From assembly GCA_951406725.2 (NCBI GenBank), contig OX597814.1, positions 43,710,001 to 43,774,000 of the forward strand: 64,000 nucleotides of DNA. Reading direction: 5' to 3'. The position numbers and the translations under genes are program-made. Of the stretch, positions 39,601-51,400 are shown piece by piece. How positions within the stretch are numbered: the stretch's first letter is position 1; each line of letters starts with the position of its first letter. A model generated the notes under the pieces. The model did no database searches and was not told the DNA's origin. It saw only the letters and a program-made list of their open reading frames with translations. This DNA is from Octopus vulgaris. Lineage: Eukaryota.

Positions 39601-40344
39601 AAATTTTGAAGTCAATATTAGATATTTGTACCAAATTTTGAAATCAATATTAGATATTTCTCCCAAACTACACCGAGGACTAGTCTAAAATTTTTGCAGT
39701 TTGAATCAAAATGGAAAAAATATTCTACAGAATATATTTATTGTGGGAAATGAAAAGAGTATATTGATGAAGAAAAATAATCGGTACTTGATCTGAACGC
39801 TTGTCGAAGTGGAGCAAAAACATTAGGTTCACAATAGAGATTACACATTATTCACAAGTTGCAATGCGTCACATGAAAATTATGGCGGAATATTTATTAC
39901 ATTTTGCTTGTATGAATAAGAATTGCCAAAATCGCAATTCATACAACGTTAACATCGTTAAGACGCCAATAACAACGCATAAGTTTGAAATGATTTATAA
40001 GGTATAAAAATATGCTTAAGAAATCAAAAACTACGAGAATACATGCAGATTAGAGTGTCAACATACAAAATGTACGTAGTGAAAATTTTTCCCTTTAAGA
40101 CAATTTCTCACCTTGAATGAAGTAAGAAAAGGATATATATCACTTACAAGGAAATCACAATATATATATGGAATAAACATACAGAAGGGCTCGAAATAAT
40201 ATTTATATATATATACACAGAATTTGAGGAAGCAATACCCCAATAAGGGGATGTTAACAAACAATACAGATGCCAAGTGGGTTTAACCAAATATATTGAT
40301 AGAAAGTTCCTCAATATATATATATAAACAGTCTCATGAATTTA

Positions 40345-41020
40345 AAAAGTCAATAAAAGAAAATGGATAAGGAAAATATAAAAGATGCTTAGTTCATATT
40401 ATTTGTATCACAATTGGAAGAGTAATTCAAATTAAAAGATTAAAAGGCATACCTATAATAACAAGTAGAAAAGGAACCACGTCAACATAACACCCCAAAG
40501 AAATTCTACATATGTTTCAATCCAGCAGTATGTTTGAATCATCAATAATTGGAACTTCTATAAATGTATCAAAACATATATTATTAGATCTCTTTAGGAA
40601 ATTATGTATATTTTTCGGTCTTGAGTTATGAAATGATGAATTTGAGAACTATGTTTATGAAATTTGAAATGTAAACAATCTACATATTAGGACGCAGAGT
40701 TCATGTTCTTAGAAATCTATCATTTAAAATTTAGCTAATATTGAATGTCGAAATTTGGTTAAAACATCAAATTTATTTGAAAAATATATTAATATATTTA
40801 AATTTAAGATTGATTACATTTATTTTTCAAGGTTTATGTGAGGATGATGGTAGAAAGACGGATGTAACTTATCAGGAGGGGTGAAATATACAAAGAATTA
40901 GATTGGGAAACGTAAATAAAAATTGGAGGAATAACATTGGTGTTATTTAGGATTAATTTGGTTATGATACAATTTCCGGTGTTCTAAGACAAAATATTTT
41001 ATATTTAAAATATTATGCCT
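40345..41020 (-). mobile_element. Penelope-like 3' fragment (decayed GIY-YIG region plus hammerhead-like motif at 40502-40550)
   Basis: Diverged inverted copy of 41348-41835. Translation ICRLFTFQIS...NSSFHNSR resembles C.LC..E....LNSR.E. Confidence 0.55.
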
Positions 41021-41032
41021 ATATATATATAT

Positions 41033-41071
<39 letters not shown>

Positions 41072-41347
41072 TAGATATAGATATAGATATAGATATACAA
41101 TTGAAAAATAGAATAAAATCTTTATAAGAATTTATCAAGTAGTTACCGTGAAAAACCTCAGAAGGGAAAAATCCATCATTATTACTCTTAAATATATGTA
41201 TTTATATTAAGGACATTACTATACGCTAGGAGGGACGTTTAAAGTCAAAACTACCATAATAAATAAACACACACACACACACGCACACACACACACACAT
41301 ACACACACACACATATATATATATATATAATATATAATATATATATA

Positions 41348-41835
41348 GTTCACTCCTCATAAGTTACATCCGTCTCTCTACCATCTCACTCACATAAACC
41401 TTTATAAATAAATGTTTTCAAATAAATTTGATATTTTAGCAGAATTTCAACGTTCAGTATTAGCTAAATTATAAATGATAGTTTTCTAATCACATGTGTC
41501 CTAAAATGTAGTTTGTTTACATTTGAAATTTCATGATCTGAGTCCTCAAATTCGTCATTTCGTAACTCAAGATGGAAAATATACATATTTTTCCTGAAGA
41601 GATCTAACAATATATCGGCTATTACGTTTATAGAAGTTACAATTATTGAAGATTCATACATACTATTGGATTGAAACATATGTAGAATTTCGGAGGATAT
41701 TTTTTGTTTTTTGTACTTGTTCTTATAGGTATATCTTTTAATTTGCATTACTTCTCCAGTTGCGATGCAAATAATATGAACCAAGCATTTTTTTACATTT
41801 TTCTTCTCCATTTTCTTTTATTGACATTTTAATAT
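41348..41835 (+). mobile_element. Penelope-like 3' fragment with hammerhead-like motif at 41641-41689
   Basis: KCSLFTFEIS.SESSNSSFRNSRWKIY, followed by aatt-a-TTGAAGA-ttca..tgga-tt-GAAA-CATATG-TA-gaatt. Confidence 0.55.
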
Positions 41836-41854
41836 ATATATATATACACTTTCA

Positions 41855-42213
41855 CTCTTTTACTTTTTCAGTCATTTGACTGCAGCCATGCTAGAGCACC
41901 GCCTTTAGTCGACCAAATCTACATCAGGATTTATTCTTTGTAAGCCTACTATTTATTCTATCAGTTTCTTTGGCCGAACCGCTAAGTTACGGGGACGTAA
42001 ACACACCAGTATTGGTTATCAAGTGATGCTGGAGGGGCAAACACAGACAAACATATACACACACATACATATATACGACGGGCTTCTTTCAGTTTCCGTC
42101 TACCAAATCCACTTGCAAGGCTTTAGTCGGCCCGAGGTGTCACGCAGTGGGACTGAACCCGGAACCATGTGTTTTGTAAGCAAGCTACTTACCAAACAGC
42201 CACTCCTGCACCT
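41855..42213 (-). mobile_element. CORE-like SINE copy with a small internal deletion, followed by (TACA)n at 42260-42390
   Basis: Reverse complement of the 31306 family. Confidence 0.88.
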
Positions 42214-42761
42214 ATGTATGTTTATATGTATGTATGTATATGCGTACGTACGTACGTACGTACATACATACATGCATACATACATACATACATACATACA
42301 TACATACATTCATAGATACATACATACATACATACATACATACATACATACATACATACATACATACATACATACATACATACATACATGTATACAGTTC
42401 ACTGGAAGAAAATAAGAATGTACTCTTAGAAATAACTATGTAAATCATTGAAAATGTCTCCAGTTTCAACTGTCAGTACTGATAAGAAACATGGATTACC
42501 TCACGTAAAATGTGTGTACCGATTCATTTACAAAAGATCTCTTCTACTATCGTGGAACACCAACCTATCATTTATCATTAGTAGCATAAGCACAACCATT
42601 CGAATTCGTAAATATTTTGTGTCGTAAGATTCCTCTGCTTTTTCCTTCTTTTAATATATTTTTACAATTCAGCAAGCGCGATTTTTTCTCGAACACTTTA
42701 ATGTGATACACACACTCGCTCCAGCACACACACAAACACACATACACATACATATGTATGT

Positions 42762-43167
42762 ATTCTTGGACGTAATTTATAAATGTTTTAAATTTAAAGC
42801 ATTGCAACAGGCGTTTTCACAAATCACGTCTCTTCAGATCACCGTCCATATTCTGGAATGATTACACTGTAGTCCAAATTATACGTGGGCATCGGGTAGA
42901 TAACCTTCATGGATACATTTCTTCATGAGATATAGAATTAGTGGATGATTCACGTAGGGTTCAGAAGCTATAAATAACCTTCAGTTCATTAATGCTATAT
43001 CGCTTGAAGAAATGAATCCATGAATGGTATCTATTCGATGCCCACGGATACTACAGACTACACTGTAATCGTCACCCGGAACACGTAGAGTGATTTAAAG
43101 AGACATGTGATTTGTGGAAACGCGCGTTGCGATACATTAAAACATTTATAAACTCCATCCAAGGAGT
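42762..43167. mobile_element. Foldback MITE of about 400 bp with about 185-bp imperfect arms
   Basis: ttcttgga..tttataaatgttttaa..cgtgggcatcg..ttcatgga.catttcttca is mirrored by tgaagaaatg.tccatgaa..cgatgcccacg..ttaaaacatttataaa..tccaagga. Confidence 0.8.
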
Positions 43168-43389
43168 GTTATTATTATTACAATAGTTATCCTATATTAT
43201 TTCAGTGCAATGCGATACAACCCCACAAAAACTGGTTCATGAATCAGCGTCATTAGACTTGGCCGGTATAACGGAATAGGAGCTCTTTTTGACTTGCATA
43301 TTCAAAACGTTTCCCTTAAATTTAAGATATAAACACACACAAATATATATATATATATATATATACCTGTGTGTATATGTGTGTAATTA

Positions 43390-43430
<41 letters not shown>

Positions 43431-44964
43431 CCATATATATATTTATGCCTGCACGTGTGTGTGTGCATGTATATGCTGCGAGAGAAAGAGAGAGAGAGAG
43501 AGAGAAAGAAACATACATGTTTCGGTGCGTATGCATGAATTGGCAGGTGTATAGCTTACATTGTAGGAAAAAAATCGAGTATTCCACCTTTTGACGAAAC
43601 AGTTGCGAATTTTTTCATCTCCAATTTTAGAGATTTTCTTATAATCAATGAGAGGTAAAAATATTTATGTTTTTAGATTTAAAATTATACGAGGTATCTC
43701 TTAAGTATATTTATTGTATTTCCGAAGCTCAGAATTTTACAATCATAGTTTGTAATGCAACAGATTCTGTGTATAAGACTAGTACAGTTATATCATCCAG
43801 CGTATTACTGATGATGTTCTACAAAGCAGAAGTCATCAACATTAATCTGTGCTAAAAATAAAGTTATTAAAACTCTAGTATTTGTCTTCTTTAGGGCAGT
43901 CAGAACGCTGACAATGCTTTTGATAATATAGGATTTTCTGAGGTTGTTAATGCAATGAATTATCGAGGAAATATATTTCTTTTAAATATCCTATAGTATT
44001 ATATACGTAATTCATGTAGAAAACAGTAAATATTGATGAAATTGTCGAATATTTATCTCCTGATTATTAGGTTATGGCGTAATATCTAGCCACTGAATAT
44101 CGTTTTTGTTTGTGATAGATTACACTGAATTATATATTAGCTTCGACAATCGATTCTAGAGTTCCGACGAGAACCAATAAATTTTAAATATTTCATTTAA
44201 AGGAACATCCATGAACTGTATACTATATTTATTTATATACATTACAAGTCTTGTGTTATATAGAATTGATTCCACCATATCACTATCGGTGGGGTGAGAA
44301 CAGCAGAGGAAAATATTCACGGGGAAATATTATAGGCTTTGTGACGTTTCCATTTCCTGAATTATATTAACTTCATTTAATTTGATACTAATAGGGATAC
44401 AGAAAATGTATAAGTAACTTATATCAAAAACATAACTAAAATGTAATATACACGTTGTAATTATTATTAGACAAAACAAACGTATCCAAATATATTGTTC
44501 CCAGGATTTGATTTGGAATATGTATGTCAAACAAAAAAAATGTTTCGTACAAACTTTTGCAATTTTATTTAATATTGCAAAGTTGATATGAAAAAACTGA
44601 GATTAGGTTTTAGCTTTTGATTGAAATGTTGGTATTGACATTTGCCCAGTGTTACTTGAATTTATTTTGTTGTATATTTAATGTATAGTTTCTGAACACT
44701 CTGTTATTGGTTATTTATTCAGCTTGGCTGCGTATGCGCCAATTTCATTGTGCTGCGTCAATAAATATTTTAAAAACTGTTACTCGCTTACATATATTTT
44801 CTAGATGTACACACATATTTACATAAAGATCCTCCCTTTACTAGTTCCAATGCAGCCAACAGATATACAAGAAAGTTCAGCAACATACTTCGAAATATAC
44901 CATCACTTTCTTCGAACAAGAAGCAGGTTTGACCAATATTCATTTTTATCTTTTCTATTACTTC

Positions 44965-45226
44965 TTACTTATATCAGTCATTAAATTGCAACCACGCTGG
45001 GGCACCTCCTTCACGAATTTTATTCGTACGAATCGACCAAATTACGTTTTCTTCAACCTGGTACTTATTCTAGCGAAATATTTTGCCGAACTGCTAGATT
45101 ACACACCAACGTAAACAAACCAGCACTGGTTGTCAAACGGTGGTGCTGGGATAGACAAACAAACACGCATGCACGCACACACACACAGTCATATATATAT
45201 ATATGTGTGTGTGTGTGCATACATAC

Positions 45227-45297
<71 letters not shown>

Positions 45298-45370
45298 ACG
45301 GGCTTCTTTTCGTTTCCGTCTACCTAATGCACTCACAAGACTTTGGTCGGCCTAAGGTTATAGTAGAAGT
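44965..45370 (-). mobile_element. Diverged CORE-like SINE copy lacking its head
   Basis: Similarity to the 62715-63111 copy (ttttgccgaac.gcta, gacgggcttcttt..gtttccgtctacc). Confidence 0.7.
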
Positions 45371-45570
45371 CTTTCTTCTCTTAATTAATCAGTTAATTGA
45401 TCATATTTTCCGAGTGGCCACAATTGAGAGGCATTTTTCTTTATGTAAAAAAAAGAAATACAGAATCATTCTCCCTCGATTGTCTTTTCACAATCTTCTC
45501 ACTAATGGATCGCCCATTTTGAATATCATTGTCTCTAACTTTATCCTACTTCTATTGATAATCGTGTATA

Positions 45571-45769
45571 CGAGAGAGTGCTGTAAATCTCTTGATTCTA
45601 AGAGCTTCGCGAAATGCCTTGTTGGTGGCTTCCAAGCTCTTAGAAAAACTGAAGGACCGCTGCAATAAGTGTGTGAATCTTAGAGGGGAATACCTTGAAT
45701 AAAATTATAATTCACTGATCCTCATATATTTTCTTTTACCCAAAGCTAAGAATGTTTCAGTCCCCTTCG
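45571..45769 (+). mobile_element. Mariner-derived MITE of about 200 bp
   Basis: TA-cgagagagtgctg...cagtccccttcg-TA imperfect TIRs. It encodes the mariner C-terminus LEKLKDRCNKCVNLRGEYLE*. Confidence 0.7.
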
Positions 45770-47099
45770 TACACTAGGCACAAAGCTGTGCATTTGGGAG
45801 AAGGTCTGGCTGATTAAACCAACCGCAGTAATTTTCTAGCAATTTCAACGATCGAATCAATAGCAAAGTTAAATTACATAACAGCCCGCGAAATTCACAG
45901 TACTTTTTGCCAATTCTGTCACTGATAACAGGCACATTATTGTAAGCATCCCCGAAAAGAACTTGATTTCGATGATAGTTGCCAGCACACATTTCCGTGC
46001 ATTAACTGTTACAACTATATTGATAAAACTATATTTAGAGCATTTATGCTACGTATAATAGTTTTCCAAAATCACATTAATTTTTGGAAATAAAGTTAGA
46101 GAAATAACACACTTCTTATGATAAATACTTTTCATGCAATGGGTTTCCATTTCCACGGCATATTTTGGATATATTTGGAGCACTAATTCCAAAACCAATA
46201 TCCATTTCACCTCTTCGCATTAATTTATTAATTAGTTAATTTCAATACTTCAACCTTACGAAAAAGATACAAACAAAAATGTAACTACTTTCAGCTCATT
46301 CTCTGAGCACGGAAGCAGCTATCTTTGATGGTTGTAGATAAGATAACCTATGGAAAAGATTAGATATCAATCATTAAATTTTAACTCTATGTCCTTTGCA
46401 TAGTATTAGTTTGTTGTCGTTGTCAGGATAAATCTCGATAAACATTAAGCAGTTAACTACTCTAAATTAATAGATTACGTTGTCTCTAAATTTAATAAGC
46501 CTTGCGGAACAGGAGCATCAATTATATCAGTAGTCACTTAGATTGCATTCCTGAAAAGTTTCGTAATCTAATCGAAGAATAAGTAGAACTATTTCATTGG
46601 ATTGCACTCAGGATGACAGGGAGGTACAAGAATAAATACGACACAAACATGATATTCGTTCTGTGATAGATTAGTCAATATATTTGAATGACAATTACTT
46701 CTTTGATCATATAACGAATTAAAAGAGTTAGTGCTGTGTTTATTTTCATATCAAAATAGCGGATCTTTGAATAATTAGAGATGATAGTGGAAACTCAGGT
46801 TTCCAAAAATATATCTAGAATTTGAAGCCTCCTGAGCAAATACATTCGAAGCTATACTTTACTTCTAAAGTGTAATTTTGATATCTAATGATATTATGAT
46901 AGTGTTTACTATATATATGAATGTGTAGGGAATAACTCCAAAACATGGAAAAGATATGCGATATTGGTGGTGTGTTTAGAATCTGTGATAAAAATACATA
47001 GTACCTCTTAGAAAAAGAATAGCATTTAAACACCAAAATGCATATTCTTATTTTATTTAGTTAGCCAAGTTTGTTATACATTCCCTGATACTCTTTCAT

Positions 47100-49290
47100 C
47101 TGCTGTGGAAAATGAAGCAGAGAGAAGGTGACAGCTGGCCAGAGAGAGACAAAGGCGAAGAACAGCCAGTCTTACTCAGGAAAATTTAAAATATATAATT
47201 AAGTCAATTACAAGAAGTGAGAAAAGAGAGAAAAGCACAAGATGCAAGACGACAGGCTCGAAGACGTTAAAATGAAAAGTAGAACCTCATTGCACAAAGA
47301 AGAGATTTCCAATGACAGAGAGCAGCACAAATTCGCGAAGATTAAAGAGAACAGGAAACAGTAGAGAGGGAAGAGGGTCTAAACATCAGAGCATCACAAA
47401 GGCTCCAAGATGCAACGGAAGAGCAAATAAGAGAGAAGATAGACTTAAGAATAAGAACATTGCAAATGCGACAAGACGAAACGGGAGAGCAAGCATCAGA
47501 GAGGAGAGAATATCTAAGAATGAGAGCATCGCAAATGCAACAAGATGAAACGGAAGAGGAAGCAGCACAAATGAGAGAAATCGAAAGAGAGAGAATATCG
47601 CAAAGGCACCAAGGGGACACAGAAGAGCAAACAGCAGAGAGGAGAGGGGGGTCTAAGAGAGAGAGAGAGAGAGAGACTAAGACTAGGGAATGAAACTGAA
47701 GAAGAATCAAATGTTCGCAGAGAGCGAGTGAGAAGAATAGAAGATTTAGTTAATACTGAAACGAGAGAGCGAAAAATAATCGAAGGCAGCGGAAAGCGAA
47801 CTCCATGAGAGTTGTGCCAAGAGTTGGAATTCATGTAAATTTAGTAAATGACCATACTTATAATGGAGAGAATGTTCAGGTTTATAACGACTGGGACGTG
47901 AACACATTATGTAAATTTTGTAGAGCCAAACAGTTTGCTGCAGAACGGCTATCAGACAGATACCTTTAAAATTGCTGCCATAAAAGGAATGCCCCGCCTC
48001 TGATTAGAACAGAATTAGCTCCATACTTACGATCTCTGTTGTCAGACCCTCAACATCCACATTATGTTAACTTCAAAGAAAACATTAGGTCTTACAACTC
48101 TGGTCTATTTTTTGCATGAATAGGTGCTCACAAAGACCAATTCCATACTGCTTCATAGTGTACGGCCGAGTTTATCACAGGAATTCGCATCCTGTTGAGG
48201 GCCAGCAGAGGCAATTTGTGCAACTATATGTTGTTGTTATCGTTCAAACTACCGCAGTGTTATCTCAAAATCCAGCAAATGAAATATGTATACCTGAAGT
48301 GAGGCACAGATTGGATAGGATTATCAGAGAGGACAATGTCCATGTTACATCTTACAGGACATTACGAGAAATAGATCTGCTTGAAGAGCGTCATGTACAA
48401 CAGGCAGTAAAGCCTATGTCAGTCGTAAATTTAGTCTTCAACAGGGATCGCCCTGCTGATAGGCGGAATACAATGTTCCAATAGTTAATTTAATAGCTAT
48501 TGTCTTCAGCAATACTGACGGCAAGCCACCATTCAACAGAGATTTCAAGATTTACCCAAGAAACAATGAAGTCTCTGTAATCTGTCTGTAATATTCTTAG
48601 CCCCAGCCTCGACCCAATGACGTATGTATTGTTCTTTCTATATGGAGAGCCAGGCTGGCAACCACATGATTGGTATAGAAATATAGCAAACTCAAGGCAA
48701 AATTTTGCAATGCTTCAATATTAAGTATCTCTTACAGCAGTCAGAGATGGTGAGTTCAACTCAGTTATCCACAAAGGCAAGCTCTTCCAGCGATCACCAG
48801 TAGATTCTTCCCTGCAAGTCGAAAGTAACAATACAAATTTTGTAAAGGACCATCAACAGAGATTAAAAGTAGAATAATACCGTGGTCTTGCAGATAATTT
48901 ACAAAATCTTGCTAATGCCACAATTGAGAGGTTTCTCATTTGGACCTGGATCTTAGTGTTGTCCATCAAGGATTTTTTCATTCATAGAAAAATACTTATT
49001 GCATCAACCTCCGCTCTAGTGAGACAACTCTTACCGTTATTATGAGTAGAAGACAGTTTCAGCATTTGCAATGACTATAAACATATCACGAGGGGAGAGC
49101 GTCAGTAATGTTGGCATCATCCTACCATCAGCAGTATTCAGCCATGGACAACTTTATACTGCACTGAGTAGAAGTACAAACAGTAATGCAATTAAAATGT
49201 TGGTAAAAGACCATCCAAAACAAAGCGAACTCATTGGTGGTAGGGTTTTCACTAGAAACGTGGTGGTGAAGCTGTTACTAACGTAAACGT
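47100..49290 (+). mobile_element. Internally deleted Helitron RepHel pseudogene
   Basis: 23-aa repeats; CKFCRAK.F..E...CCH; FKENIRSYNS; YCFIVYGRVYHR; QFVQLY; DPMTYVLFF.YGEPGW; GKLFQ..VD...VE...QQRLKVE.YRGL. These are joined to the Pif1 C-terminus [20 protein letters not shown]...[18 protein letters not shown]. Confidence 0.9.
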
Positions 49291-49374
49291 TGTAATCTTT
49301 TTTAATTTAAATTTTATTTCCGTATATTTCCTGAGTCTATCAAATTCTTTATATTTTCATCAAACATTTTATAA

Positions 49375-51400
49375 CCGTATTGTGCAACTTCGAGAGAGGT
49401 ATTAAGTCTAGACAAAAGCTGATTGGTGATAGAGAATCACCCTGGAAAATGCCACATGAAATTCTTACATCTCCAGCTTTCAGAGGTTCATTGTCAATGT
49501 TCAAATTCATGTGGTTCTCCATGATCTCATACTTACAGACAAAAGTTTCGCAGAGTAAGGGCTATTTGATACGTTTTCATGCATTTCTTAATCCAGTTAC
49601 ATAGTAGACTATCAAAGATGTTTTGTAAAGTCTATCCAGGCTATCGTTTATGACAATCTTCCATGTTCATCGTATTGATGAGTAGCTGATCTTTACAACC
49701 ATAGGACCACGTTTACAGCATTTTTGCTCATCAGGGAATATGCCATTTTCTATTTTTAAAAAAAATTGGTATATTCAGTCAAAACAGTTGTTTGCATTTT
49801 ATACATTGCTGTTAAGCAGGTTATGGGACTATAATTTTTTGGTTCATTTGTTTCTTCACTTTTTGAAAATAGGAATGTTACACCATTAACTAGCCTAGTA
49901 GGAATCGTATTAGGTTTTTGCAAAACATTATTGTAAAATTTTGGTAGCAGTTCCTGGCTCTCTGGGAGGGCATTCAACCAGAAGTTTGGAATTTTATCGT
50001 TTCCTCGAGACTTCCATTTGTTGGCCTCCTGAGAGCAGTTCTTACATCCTCAACATTGATACCTCCCACTTTGAGTGTTTTTTTCTTTTGTCCAAATTTT
50101 ATTCCAAAATTCCTGCGCTTCTTATTTTGATGGGAGAGATTTTACTGTAACTAGTATTTTCCCAATCTGCCAGTAAAAAATTTGGGGATTAATTTTGAAC
50201 ATGCTGTTGTACTTGAATAATCTAATGCGCTTTTCATACCTTGCTATGAGGATAGCTTTTGCACATAGCTTTTGCTTGATGGTTTCTATCGTGGTATCGA
50301 TGGCAAATATAGTTTTCGTATTCTATTTTTCTTTAATGTTCGGAATGTTGTTAGTTTGATAGTCTTGTCAAACTTAAGGTTTTTTAAGCATTCTGTCAGA
50401 CCAAAGTAGCTGAATTTGATGTTGAATACACTTTTGTCAAGTTTGCTTTTTGTGCAAATGTTGTCGTTTTCTAATCTTTTCACCACATAGAATCGTTGAG
50501 ATGTTGATGTATGCATAATACAGGTGGCTAAGATCTGAACATCTGAGTATCAACATCATTATCTGAAATTTTATCCTTAATTGAGAAGCTGATTTTAGAA
50601 ATTATTTTAAGATTTTGGTTAGAATTGCGATTTCTTGGATGAGTGCCGCGTTGATTCATACTGGTTTCTTTAATTTTCAGCCATTCAATCATTATTTGAT
50701 ATTTAGATTATGTAGTTCTGTTGGCTCATGTAATTACTTCATGTATTTCATTTTCATCAGCCGTAGTGTTTATGGTTGGTTCAGAGAGTGTTTCACTTTG
50801 CTTATCATTAACATTAACTCTTTCAATCATTACGGTATTTTCATCAAGCCTGGGCTGGTCTATAATTATTTCCTCTGTAGTATTTTCTTTAGCTGCAACG
50901 CCGTTCCTTTTATCCATTACTAATTGTTTAATTTGGTCAATTTCTAATTCAGTTAGTAATTTCTTTTTCATAATGTTTCTTCTGACTTTGGCGAGTTTGT
51001 TATTGTCTAAGTAGGGTGTTACTTCAATGTGTTTCTCTCTCCAGTTTAAGTAGGTTTGTTACAGAATTAGATTTATTTGTTGGGACATATATGGCATGAT
51101 AGAAGGCCATAAGAACGTCTTTATTATCTCCCCTAGATCATTTATCTTTTGGTTATTTGATGACGAGCATGGATGACCAACTGTTTGAATATTCCGGTTG
51201 TGGGGTACTTCAAGCTCCTGTTTCGATTTGAACCAGTAGCTCAATTTTCGTTTCGAACCCGGTTCATTATTCGACTACACCATCCTTTGTGTTCCGAGTG
51301 ACGACGGATCTCGTTCGCATTCTGCTTTGTCTTCATGAAGGCGTGACGAGCTTGAACGTTGATATTAGGGGATGGATCTGTCTGTTTAGGGTTAATTTTT
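49375..51400 (-). mobile_element. R4/Dong-like LINE (N-terminal region plus RT), decayed
   Basis: LAKVRRNIMKKKLLTELEIDQIK; GVTFLFSK..TNEPKNYSPITCLTAMYK; SYGCKDQLLIN; AWID; GIFQGDSLSP..FCL.LIPLS. Confidence 0.85.

Noticed and set aside
41464-41811. 115-aa ORF as a host gene
   Set aside because: It is antisense to a PLE-like repeat, and the frame is broken in the paralogous copy at 40345-40890.
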